Shown one piece after another: positions 18,988 through 27,036 of a stretch of DNA of 64,000 bases (its first letter is position 1; the number at the start of each line of letters is the position of its first letter). Where the stretch lies: the NCBI GenBank assembly GCA_035512655.1, contig DATKDM010000007.1:5215-69214 (forward strand), read 5' to 3'. The notes beneath the pieces were generated by a model, which was not told the origin of the DNA, did not search any database, and saw only the letters and a list, made by a program, of their open reading frames with translations. The position numbers and the translations under genes were made by a program. This DNA comes from Sphingomicrobium sp. (GTDB lineage: Bacteria > Pseudomonadota > Alphaproteobacteria > Sphingomonadales > Sphingomonadaceae).

Positions 18988-20265
18988 TCATTCCGCGGCC
19001 ACGAACTGCGCGGCTTCGGTCGATTCCTTGAGCGCCACGGTCGACGCCTGCCCGCCCGAAATGGCGGTGGCGATCGCGTCGAAATAGCCGGTTCCGACTT
19101 CGCGCTGGTGGCGGGTGGCGGTGTAGCCCGCCGGCTCCGAGGCGAACTCGGCCTGCTGCAGCTCGGAGTAAGCCGCCATACCGCGGTCGCGGTAGCCGCC
19201 GGCGAGCTCGAACATAGCATGGTTGAGGCTGTGGAAGCCGGCCAAGGTGACGAACTGGAACTTGTAGCCCATCGCCCCGAGCTCGCGCTGGAAGCGCGCG
19301 ATCGTGTCGGCATCGAGCTTTGCCGCCCAGTTGAAGCTCGGGCTGCAATTATAGGCGAGCAATTTGCCCGGATGCTCGCGGTGCACCGCTTCGGCGAAGG
19401 CGCGGGCCTCCCCGAGGTCGGGGTGGCTGGTTTCCCACCACAGAAGGTCGGCGTGCGGCGCGAAGGCGAGGCCGCGCGCGATGCAATGGTCAAGCCCGGT
19501 GCCCTCATTCAGCCGGAAGAACCCCTCCGCGGTGCGCTCGCCGGTCAGGAATGGCCGGTCGCGCTCGTCGACGTCGCTGGTGATCAGCCGCGCACTTTCG
19601 GCATCGGTGCGCGCGACGAGGATGGTCGGCACTCCGCAGACGTCGGCGGCGAGCCGCGCCGCGCCGAGGTTGCGGATCGCCGCCTGCGTCGGGATCAGTA
19701 CCTTGCCGCCGAGATGGCCGCACTTCTTTTCCGAAGCGAGCTGGTCCTCGAAGTGAACGCCCGCCACGCCCGCCTCGATATAGGCCTTCATGATCTCAAA
19801 ACAGTTCAATGGGCCGCCGAAACCGGCCTCGGCGTCGGCCAGGATCGGCGCGAACCAGTCGCGTCTCGCCCCGCCTTCGAGATGCTCGACCTGGTCGGCG
19901 CGTTGCAGCGTGCGGTTGATCCGCCGCGCAAGCTCCGGTCCGGTGTTGGCCGGATAGAGCGACTGGTCGGGGTACATCGCGCCGGCGGTGTTGGCGTCGG
20001 CGGCCGCCTGCCAGCCGGACAAATAAATCGCCTCGAGGCCGGCGCGGACCATCTGCATCGCCTGGTTGCCGGTGACGGCGCCCAGCGCGCGGACCGGCTC
20101 GTCGCGCTTGAGCAGTTCCCACAAGCGCAGCGCTCCCCGTCGCGCCAGCGTATGCTCGACCGGGAACGAGCCCCTTAGCCGAAGCACGTCTTCGACCGAG
20201 TAGCTCCGCTCGATCCCGTCGAAGCGTCCGGGCGGTGCGCTAATGACTTGGCTGAAATCCGACAT
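18988..20265 (-). CDS. aceA: Isocitrate lyase
   Basis: [26 protein letters not shown] catalytic motif, [20 protein letters not shown]. Confidence 0.97.
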   Translation of the reverse strand: MSDFSQVISAPPGRFDGIERSYSVEDVLRLRGSFPVEHTLARRGALRLWELLKRDEPVRALGAVTGNQAMQMVRAGLEAIYLSGWQAAADANTAGAMYPDQSLYPANTGPELARRINRTLQRADQVEHLEGGARRDWFAPILADAEAGFGGPLNCFEIMKAYIEAGVAGVHFEDQLASEKKCGHLGGKVLIPTQAAIRNLGAARLAADVCGVPTILVARTDAESARLITSDVDERDRPFLTGERTAEGFFRLNEGTGLDHCIARGLAFAPHADLLWWETSHPDLGEARAFAEAVHREHPGKLLAYNCSPSFNWAAKLDADTIARFQRELGAMGYKFQFVTLAGFHSLNHAMFELAGGYRDRGMAAYSELQQAEFASEPAGYTATRHQREVGTGYFDAIATAISGGQASTVALKESTEAAQFVAAE

Positions 20266-20340
20266 CCTGATCCCCTGTAGCTGCACTGGGACCAAAGCCG
20301 ATGCGGATCAGAAAAGATGCAGCGAAAAGGGCGCAGTTGT

Positions 20341-20379
20341 CAGAACACGTCTTGTGTTCTGTGTAAATTTCTTCACAAT
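20341..20379. promoter_or_regulatory. Operator region between aceA and its regulator: inverted repeat plus ScfR-type box
   Basis: CAGAACAC-N5-GTGTTCTG (20341-20361) and TGTGTAAA-N4-TTCACAAT (20360-20379), the latter resembling the ScfR-family TTTGCAAA-N4-TTTGCAAA site. Confidence 0.55.
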
Positions 20380-20385
20380 TCGACC

Positions 20386-21795
20386 ATGGCTCAACGCAAG
20401 CTCCTGCTCGGTGCCCGACTGCGGCGCCTGCGCCGTGACCACGGCCTCAACCAGAGCGAGATGGCCGGCCAGCTTGGCATTTCCGCCTCCTATCTGAACC
20501 ATCTCGAGCGTAACCAGAGGCCGGTCACCGCCGGCATCCTGCTGCGGCTCGCCGAGACGTTCGACGTCGACGTCAAAGCGTTCGCCGCCGACAGCGGCGA
20601 AGGGGCCGGGGCGGACCAGCTCAGCGAGATCTTCTCCGACGGAATGCTCGCGGACCTCGGGGTCAGTCGGTTCGAGCTGGTCGAGCTTTCCGACAATGCG
20701 CCTTCGGTCGCCGAAGGCATCACCCGCCTCTACACCGCGCTCCGCGAGCTCCACCGCCGGCCGGCCGGCGAGGAGGGCGCCGACCCGCGGGTGCTGATCA
20801 CCCCCGAAACCTGGGTGCGCGACTACATCCAGGCGCAGCGCAACCATTTCCCCGAGCTCGAGGAAAGCGCCGAGACGCTCGGCGGCGGCCTGAGCGATCC
20901 GTTGTCGGTCGCCGAGCCGCTCCGGCGCCGCTTGAAGGAAGCCTATGGCGTCGAGGCCAAGGTCGTGCCGCCCGAAATGCTCGACGACGCCAGCCAGCAT
21001 TACGACGCCCAGCGGCGGACGCTGATGTTGTCGGGGTTGCTGCGGCCCGAGAACCGCACGTTCGGCCTCGCCTACCAGCTCGCGCTGATGGAGTTCGCGG
21101 GCATCATCCAGCGCCTGGTCGATTCGGCGCGGCCGCCCGACGTTGGCAGCCGCAGCCTGCTGCACATGAGCTTCGCCAACTACGCCGCCGGAGCGATCAT
21201 GATGCCGTACGGCAAGTTCCTCCGTGCCGCCGAAGAGCATCGCTACGCCATCGACCGGTTGTGCGGGCAGTTCGGCGCCAATGTCGAGCAGGTCGCGCAC
21301 CGCTTCACGACGCTCGGCCGCTCCGGCGCGCGCGGAGTCCCGTTCTTCATGCTGCGCGTCGACCCGGCCGGCAACATTTCCAAGCGCTACGCCGGCGACA
21401 GCTTCCCGTTCTCGCACTTCGGCGGCACCTGCCCGCGATGGAACCTGCACGCGGCGTTCCAGACGCCCGGCCAGACCATCCGCCAGATCATCGAGACTCC
21501 CGACGGCCAGCGGTTTTTCACCATCAGCCGCACCATCGAGCGGCCGATCCGCCCCGACTTACGCGACGACAGCCTGCTCGCCATCGGGCTTGGTTGTGAC
21601 CTGCGCCACGCGTCGCGCATGGCTTATGCCGATGGCCTCGACCTGATGAACACTCCGGCGACGCCGGTCGGGCCAGCCTGCGCGATCTGCCCGAGGATGC
21701 AATGCCCGTACCGCGCCACCCCGCCCGCCGGGCGAATGCTCGCGGTTCACGAGAACCGCAAGACGATCTCCCCCTACCCGTTCCTGCCGGCCTGA
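20386..21795 (+). CDS. ramB: Short-chain fatty acyl-CoA regulator (ScfR family; RamB-like XRE regulator of the glyoxylate shunt)
   Basis: XRE HTH (LGISASYLNHLERNQRP), ANYAAGAIMMPY, EQVAHRF, RVDPAGNISKR, GGTCPRWN, C-terminal CxxCxRxxCxxR; divergent from aceA. Confidence 0.88.
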   Translation: MAQRKLLLGARLRRLRRDHGLNQSEMAGQLGISASYLNHLERNQRPVTAGILLRLAETFDVDVKAFAADSGEGAGADQLSEIFSDGMLADLGVSRFELVELSDNAPSVAEGITRLYTALRELHRRPAGEEGADPRVLITPETWVRDYIQAQRNHFPELEESAETLGGGLSDPLSVAEPLRRRLKEAYGVEAKVVPPEMLDDASQHYDAQRRTLMLSGLLRPENRTFGLAYQLALMEFAGIIQRLVDSARPPDVGSRSLLHMSFANYAAGAIMMPYGKFLRAAEEHRYAIDRLCGQFGANVEQVAHRFTTLGRSGARGVPFFMLRVDPAGNISKRYAGDSFPFSHFGGTCPRWNLHAAFQTPGQTIRQIIETPDGQRFFTISRTIERPIRPDLRDDSLLAIGLGCDLRHASRMAYADGLDLMNTPATPVGPACAICPRMQCPYRATPPAGRMLAVHENRKTISPYPFLPA

Positions 21796-22478
21796 AGGCT
21801 ACTGAATTCGGACGCAGCCACCCGGCTGGCGATGGCTGCGCGGCGGCGCACCTGGAGTTTATCGAGAATGTTGTGGACGTGGTTTTTGACCGTCGTCGGC
21901 CCGATGCGAAGGCCTTGCGCTATCTCTTTGTTGGACATCCCCTCGGCGACCATCCCTGCGATTTCGTGCTCGCGCGGTGTCAACGATGGCGATGCTTCAG
22001 AACCGCGGTCGGCAAGACGAGCGAGGCGGGCACACAGGATCGTTGCCACTCGGGGAGAGCAAGTGAATTCGCCGCGAAGCGCGTCCGACACGACTCTGAC
22101 GAGCGCATCGATTGATCCGTTTTGGTCAACAAAGCCGATCACGCCGGCCTCAGCGCAGCCGATTACGTCGGCAGCGGATTCGGAGATACCGAACCCAACG
22201 AGCGGCAGAGTCGGGTCAGCATTCTTGAGCCGCCGGGCAAGCGCAAGTCCTTCCGCAGTGGCAGCGTCGAGGACTACGGCGTCAGGTCGCGTAAACGTCA
22301 CCGCAGCGAGCGTCTCGCTGAGATCTGTGACCGCGACTACTTCGAGCCGGCTATCCCGTGCCAAGCTTGCCGCAAGACCTTCCCGATACAGAAGAATGCC
22401 GCTGGCCACGACGATCCGGGGGGAATTCCCGTTCTGGACCAAAGCGGCGTCGCAAAACTCGCGCCCGTCCACGCTCAT
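21774..22478 (-). CDS. NarL/LuxR-type regulator with atypical receiver domain
   Basis: C-terminal LTPREHEIAGMVAEGMSNKEIAQGLRIGPTTVKNHVHNILDKL; the N-terminal REC lacks the DD pocket (VVASGI) and the conserved Lys (GFVDQ). Confidence 0.9.
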   Translation of the reverse strand: MSVDGREFCDAALVQNGNSPRIVVASGILLYREGLAASLARDSRLEVVAVTDLSETLAAVTFTRPDAVVLDAATAEGLALARRLKNADPTLPLVGFGISESAADVIGCAEAGVIGFVDQNGSIDALVRVVSDALRGEFTCSPRVATILCARLARLADRGSEASPSLTPREHEIAGMVAEGMSNKEIAQGLRIGPTTVKNHVHNILDKLQVRRRAAIASRVAASEFSSLQAGRNG

Positions 22479-22589
22479 TTATGCCTCCGGACCCGAGCGG
22501 AGATTACTTATAGGCAGCGTCGCCGGGCGTAAGTCCGGTCACGTTGTCGACAGTTGAGAGCGTAACAAACGTAAGCGATTCGGGGAAGG

Positions 22590-22650
22590 AAAAATGCGGC
22601 CCCGGCCCGTTGGATGGAGCACCAAGGGGCCAGCGGACCCATCCAAACGA
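22590..22650 (-). ncRNA. Candidate structured RNA (pseudoknot or alternative hairpins ending in a U-tract) upstream of luxR
   Basis: Minus strand TTGGATGG(G)...(T)CCATCCAA stem, with loop GGCCCC able to pair with a downstream GGGGCC followed by ATTTTT. Confidence 0.3.
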
Positions 22651-22652
22651 TC

Positions 22653-22680
22653 TAGACCGAGTGGCTTAGGCTAAAGTCCC
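22653..22680. promoter_or_regulatory. Candidate tandem LuxR/NarL-type binding boxes in the luxR / eCIS divergent intergenic region
   Basis: Imperfect palindrome TAGACC-GAGT-GGCTTA abutting TAGGCTAAAGTCCC. Confidence 0.4.
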
Positions 22681-22842
22681 CGGGCGACATTAAACCACAT
22701 TCATCAGTCGGCCGTGCACTGACGACGCCCGCATTTGCGACGCCGACCGGTCCCCTCCCCAAAAATTTCCGGACCCTCTCCATTCGGGGGATTCCGGCCC
22801 CGCCACAACGCGCGCAAGGTCGCGCGGTTGCGGAGGAATGCA

Positions 22843-23199
22843 GTGGACACAGTGCGGATTCATCTCGCTCACATGTCTCCATTGCTTCGCCGGATGATCA
22901 CCGATCTGCTCGCTGCAGAAGAAGATATTGAGATCGTCGGCAGTGAGGCGAAAACCGGAAATTCCCTACTGGCCGCGCGCGCCCAAGGCGCAAACATGAT
23001 CATCACCCAGGAAGGGGCGGCAGTCGCCGACCAGTGCCTTAATGCGGTTACGCAAAACGTCCCGCTCACTATCCTCGCGATTGCGCCAGGCGGGTCTGCA
23101 GGCACATCCATAAATCTGGTGCGGCGCCAGCTGCGGCTGGATGACGACGGCGCGAAATCGCTGGCCCAGGCAGTCCGCCAAGCGATGGAGCCAGCCTGA
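22843..23199 (+). CDS. Stand-alone degenerate (pseudo-)receiver protein, first gene of the eCIS operon
   Basis: DTVRIHLAHMSPLLRRMITDLLAAEEDIEIVG resembles a NarL REC N-terminus without the acidic residues; GGAGG RBS before GTG. Confidence 0.7.
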   Translation: MDTVRIHLAHMSPLLRRMITDLLAAEEDIEIVGSEAKTGNSLLAARAQGANMIITQEGAAVADQCLNAVTQNVPLTILAIAPGGSAGTSINLVRRQLRLDDDGAKSLAQAVRQAMEPA

Positions 23200-23200
23200 G

Positions 23201-23788
23201 ATGGCCCGCTCGCAAGCAATCGCCGCGGTGAGCGCGACCCTGCTCGGGCTCCTGCGCGATTCCTATCCGCGCGATGAATTCGGTCCCTCTCTTGCCTTCG
23301 AGCTCTATCAACCGCGCAATTTCGAGGACCCGATGCGCGAGGGCATCGCGATTTGCCTTTGGCGTGCTGCTCCCAACGGCAACCGGCGCAATTTCCCAAC
23401 GCGCACTGATCAGTTCGGGCGGCGCCTCCGCGGCTCGATCCCGATCGATCTTTATTATTTGATCGTGCCGTTCGCAGACAAGGCCGAGCGCCAGCAGCGG
23501 CTGCTCGGATGGCTGATCCGGGCAATGCACGAGCTCGGTCCGATGGTGCCGACTCACCTCAACCATTATCTTGCCGAGAGCGATACTTTCGCCGAGGCCG
23601 AAAGCCTCGATGCGGTCCCCGAGGCGCTCTCGGTCGGCGACTATCTTACTTTGTGGGACAGGCTGAAGCGGCTTCCCCCGGCCGCCACCTATCTTGTTCG
23701 ATTACTCCTGATCGACAGCGACAAGCCACTCGACGAATATCCGCTCGTCGAAGAGCGCAACCTCGATTTCGGGACCGTGGCGGCATGA
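23201..23788 (+). CDS. DUF4255 / Pvc16-Afp16-like cap (tube terminator) protein
   Basis: AIAAVSATLLGLL, ICLWRAAPN, PIDLYYLIVP, QRLLGWLIR, YLVRLLLI pattern; position at the head of the eCIS operon. Confidence 0.85.
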   Translation: MARSQAIAAVSATLLGLLRDSYPRDEFGPSLAFELYQPRNFEDPMREGIAICLWRAAPNGNRRNFPTRTDQFGRRLRGSIPIDLYYLIVPFADKAERQQRLLGWLIRAMHELGPMVPTHLNHYLAESDTFAEAESLDAVPEALSVGDYLTLWDRLKRLPPAATYLVRLLLIDSDKPLDEYPLVEERNLDFGTVAA

Positions 23789-24684
23789 GCGGCGCTCTCC
23801 CCGGGTATCGGTTCCTCGAGCGGATTTCGCGGCCGGCCCCGCTTGGCCTCGTCTTCTGGGACTTTGCCACCGGAACGCCGGTCGCGGATGACCTGTCCGT
23901 CTCAATTGCACTGAAAAGCCGTGCTGGCGTAGCGCGTACGCTGATCTCCAACCGCAACGGTGTCTGGCTCGCTCCGGACCTGCCGGGGCGTTCCGCCTAC
24001 GAACTCGCAACGGTCGACTGGGCAGCGCTGCGCCGGACGTATCGTGTTGAAGTGGTCGACCCGCTGGGGCGGTTCCTGCCTCTTGCGTTCGACGCCGAGC
24101 TCCCCTCGCGCGGCCTTTATCACTGGCCCGGCTGGGAGACCCTGCCGACCGAACCGATGACTCCGCTAGGGGCGGATCCTTCGCCGCCGCGCATCAGTCC
24201 GCGGCGCATTCCTCTATTCTCTGCGCCCGGCCGGCCGACACCGCCGGCGCTGGCCGAAGTGCGGTGCCAGCTTGTCGACTCCAGCACCGGCGACGCGGCC
24301 GCCTGGGCTCTGCTGACCGTCGGCCACGACGGCCGGACGCGCGGCATCGGCCTGTCGGACAAAGAGGGCCGCGTCGCGCTGTTGTTCGGTTACCCGGAAC
24401 GGCCGCGGCCGTCGCTCGCCACGTCGCCGCCGGCGATCACCGATTACCGCTGGGAGCTGGACGTCCAAGCCTTCTTCGATCCCACCCCTGGGCCGCCACC
24501 AGCCGTGCCGGACCTCGAGCAGATGATGGCCCAGCTGGATCACCCGCGCGACCTTTTGAAGTCGACGCTTTCACCCCCGGAGCTGCTCCCCTCTCAGCTC
24601 CTGACTTACGGCCGGCCAATGGTCCTGAGGACCAGCCGAACACCAGAGGGATCGTCGTCCAGCCTTTTCCTGGGCCCCGATTGA
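23785..24684 (+). CDS. eCIS-associated hypothetical protein (predicted beta-sandwich / carboxypeptidase-regulatory-like repeats)
   Basis: ATGA-coupled to DUF4255; beta-rich segments (YRVEVVDP.GRFLP, GLSDKEGRVALLF). Confidence 0.7.
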   Translation: MSGALPGYRFLERISRPAPLGLVFWDFATGTPVADDLSVSIALKSRAGVARTLISNRNGVWLAPDLPGRSAYELATVDWAALRRTYRVEVVDPLGRFLPLAFDAELPSRGLYHWPGWETLPTEPMTPLGADPSPPRISPRRIPLFSAPGRPTPPALAEVRCQLVDSSTGDAAAWALLTVGHDGRTRGIGLSDKEGRVALLFGYPERPRPSLATSPPAITDYRWELDVQAFFDPTPGPPPAVPDLEQMMAQLDHPRDLLKSTLSPPELLPSQLLTYGRPMVLRTSRTPEGSSSSLFLGPD

Positions 24685-24703
24685 GCGATCGAGGAGAAGC
24701 CGA

Positions 24704-26572
24704 ATGCCAGAATATCTCGCGCCAGGCGTTTTCGTGGAGGAAGTTTCCTACCGCGCCAAATCGATCGAGGGCGTTTCGACGACCACGACCGGTTTCGTCG
24801 GCCCCGCCCGCTTCGGCCCGCTGAACATCGAGCCCGAGGTGATCACGAGCCTCGTTGAGTTCGAGCGTGTCTATGGCGGCCGTTCGCAACTCGTGTTCGA
24901 GGGAAGTCCGGTCGACAATTATCTTTGGAACGCCGCCCGCGCCTTCTTTGAGGAAGGTGGCAAGCGACTATACGTCAGCCGCATCTTCAACCCGGCGAAC
25001 GGTGACGGCATCGCGCGGCCGCCGGAATCACCACCGGCGCCGATTGCGGTGCGCGCGCGCTTCCCTGGAGAAGCAGGTAACGGGCGGGTCACGATCACGC
25101 TCCAGCTCAGCCCCAACCGGCTGGCAACCACCGATGACGGGCCCGCGCTGCGCGGCGCGCTGCATCGGGATCTCGTGTACATTGGCGGCACTTCGAACGA
25201 CGGTTTCTATCTCGCGCTGCGCGACGACCTTCAGCGCACCTGGCGCTTTTCGAGGACCGGGGCAGACCTCGGCGGCGCCGACTTCGAAATGCAGGCAGAT
25301 CTCGCGGGAGCCGGCGTCTCTGTGCGTACGGTTACGGCGACCGTCACCTTCGAATCCGCCACCGGCGACCTGCCAACGTTCGTTGCGACCGAGTTGCCGC
25401 TCGATCCCGAGCACAGCCTTGCCGGTTCGCCCGATTCCCTCTTTGCCTACTTTGCTGAAGAGCCCTCCAGCCTGTCCCGCGCTCGAAGCATTCCGCTCGT
25501 CCTCACGGCCGCCGACGGATCGACTGGACTCGGGGTGATCAACGCGCTGATCGACGCCTACGAATTGGCGTCCCCGCCGGTCAGTCCGCCGGATCAGGGC
25601 ATCCTCGATAGCCTGACAAGTAACGAGGCGACCCCGATCGCGCGCCGCTCGATCGTGATGATCCTCGAAAACGGCGACGACGGTGCGATCCCGCAGGCCA
25701 CCGATTATGAAGGCGAGGTCGACGACAAGGACCGCCGGACGGGGCTGCGTGCGTTCGAGTCCCTCGAGGACATCTCGATCGTCGCCGCGCCCGGCTCGAC
25801 GCGCAACGACAATCCCCAGAGCAGAGCGGTCATCGGCCTGCTGATCAGCCACGCCGAGCGGATGCAGTACCGGATCGCGGTGATCGACAGCATGCGCGAT
25901 CAGAGCATCGCCGAAGTGCGGGCGTTGCGGGCATTGTACGACAGCAGCCACGCCGCATTTTACTACCCGTGGGTGCGGATCGTCGATCCGACAACGCAGC
26001 AGGAGAACCATTATCCGCCATCGGGCTTCGTGGCCGGCATTTATGCGCGGAACGATATCGAGCGGGCTGTCTACAAAGCTCCCGCAAATGAGGTCGTGAA
26101 CCTTGCGGTCGGGTTCGAGACGCTGCTCAACAAGGCCCAGCAGGAAGTGCTCAACCCCGAAGGCATCAACTGTTTCCGCTATTTTGAAGGGCGCGGCATG
26201 CGCCTGTGGGGCGCGCGCACGATGTCGAGCGATCCCGAATGGAAATATGTCAATCTTCGCAGATACTTCGCCTACCTTGAGCGCTCCATAGACAAGCACA
26301 CGCAATGGGCCGTGTTCGAGCCCAACGGCGAGCGTTTGTGGACCAATGTCCGCAGCACTGTATCCGATTTCCTGCTCAACGAATGGCAAAACGGCGCGCT
26401 GCTCGGCGACAAGCCGGAGAAAGCCTACTTCGTCAAATGCGACCGCTCGACCATGTCGCAAAACGACCTCGACAACGGCCGGCTCGTCTGCCTCGTCGGC
26501 GTAGCCGCCCTGCGCCCCGCCGAATTCGTCATCTTCCGCATCGGCCAGTGGACGGCCGACCGCAAGATTTAA
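24704..26572 (+). CDS. Contractile tail sheath protein 1
   Basis: MPEYLAPGVFVEE, TTGFVGPARFGP, AAFYYPW, PPSGFVAGIYARND, KAPAN, LNPEGINC, LWGARTMS, YVNLRRY, WAVFEPN, PAEFVIFRI. Confidence 0.96.
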   Translation: MPEYLAPGVFVEEVSYRAKSIEGVSTTTTGFVGPARFGPLNIEPEVITSLVEFERVYGGRSQLVFEGSPVDNYLWNAARAFFEEGGKRLYVSRIFNPANGDGIARPPESPPAPIAVRARFPGEAGNGRVTITLQLSPNRLATTDDGPALRGALHRDLVYIGGTSNDGFYLALRDDLQRTWRFSRTGADLGGADFEMQADLAGAGVSVRTVTATVTFESATGDLPTFVATELPLDPEHSLAGSPDSLFAYFAEEPSSLSRARSIPLVLTAADGSTGLGVINALIDAYELASPPVSPPDQGILDSLTSNEATPIARRSIVMILENGDDGAIPQATDYEGEVDDKDRRTGLRAFESLEDISIVAAPGSTRNDNPQSRAVIGLLISHAERMQYRIAVIDSMRDQSIAEVRALRALYDSSHAAFYYPWVRIVDPTTQQENHYPPSGFVAGIYARNDIERAVYKAPANEVVNLAVGFETLLNKAQQEVLNPEGINCFRYFEGRGMRLWGARTMSSDPEWKYVNLRRYFAYLERSIDKHTQWAVFEPNGERLWTNVRSTVSDFLLNEWQNGALLGDKPEKAYFVKCDRSTMSQNDLDNGRLVCLVGVAALRPAEFVIFRIGQWTADRKI

Positions 26573-26583
26573 GGAGCTGAGCC

Positions 26584-27033
26584 ATGGCAACGCTGCGCGA
26601 TCGCCCATACGTCCAATTCAACTTCCTGGTGGATTTCGGCGAAGGCACGGAAGGGCCCGCGGCCGGTTTCCAGGAGCTTTCCGGGATCGGCATGGAAGTG
26701 ACGGTATCCGAGTACCGGACCGGCAATTCCAAGGAAAATTCGGTGATGAAAATCACCGGCATGAACAAGTCGTCCGACGTCACGATGAAGCGCGGCGTGA
26801 TCGGGTCGCTCAATCTGTACAAATGGCTCGACGAGATTCGGAACGGCGACCAAAATGCCATGCGCACGGTCACCGTCACGCTGATGAGCGAAGACCACAG
26901 CCAGCCCGTCATGACCTGGAAGCTGATGCGGGCGCGGCCCATCAAGGTCGTCGACGGCCCGCTGAGTGCCAAGGGCACCGACGTAGCCATCGAGGAAATG
27001 GTTCTCGCCTACGAACGCCTCGAGATGGAGTAG
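26584..27033 (+). CDS. Tail tube protein (gp19/Afp1-like) 1
   Basis: FNFLVD, AGFQELSG, EYRTG, VTMKRGV, WKLMRARPIK, AIEEMVLAYERL. Confidence 0.95.
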   Translation: MATLRDRPYVQFNFLVDFGEGTEGPAAGFQELSGIGMEVTVSEYRTGNSKENSVMKITGMNKSSDVTMKRGVIGSLNLYKWLDEIRNGDQNAMRTVTVTLMSEDHSQPVMTWKLMRARPIKVVDGPLSAKGTDVAIEEMVLAYERLEME

Positions 27034-27036
27034 GCG

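Noticed and set aside
21700-22900. tRNA/att site, IS or integrase at the island border
   Set aside because: No tRNA cloverleaf, terminal inverted repeats, target duplication or recombinase ORF was seen.
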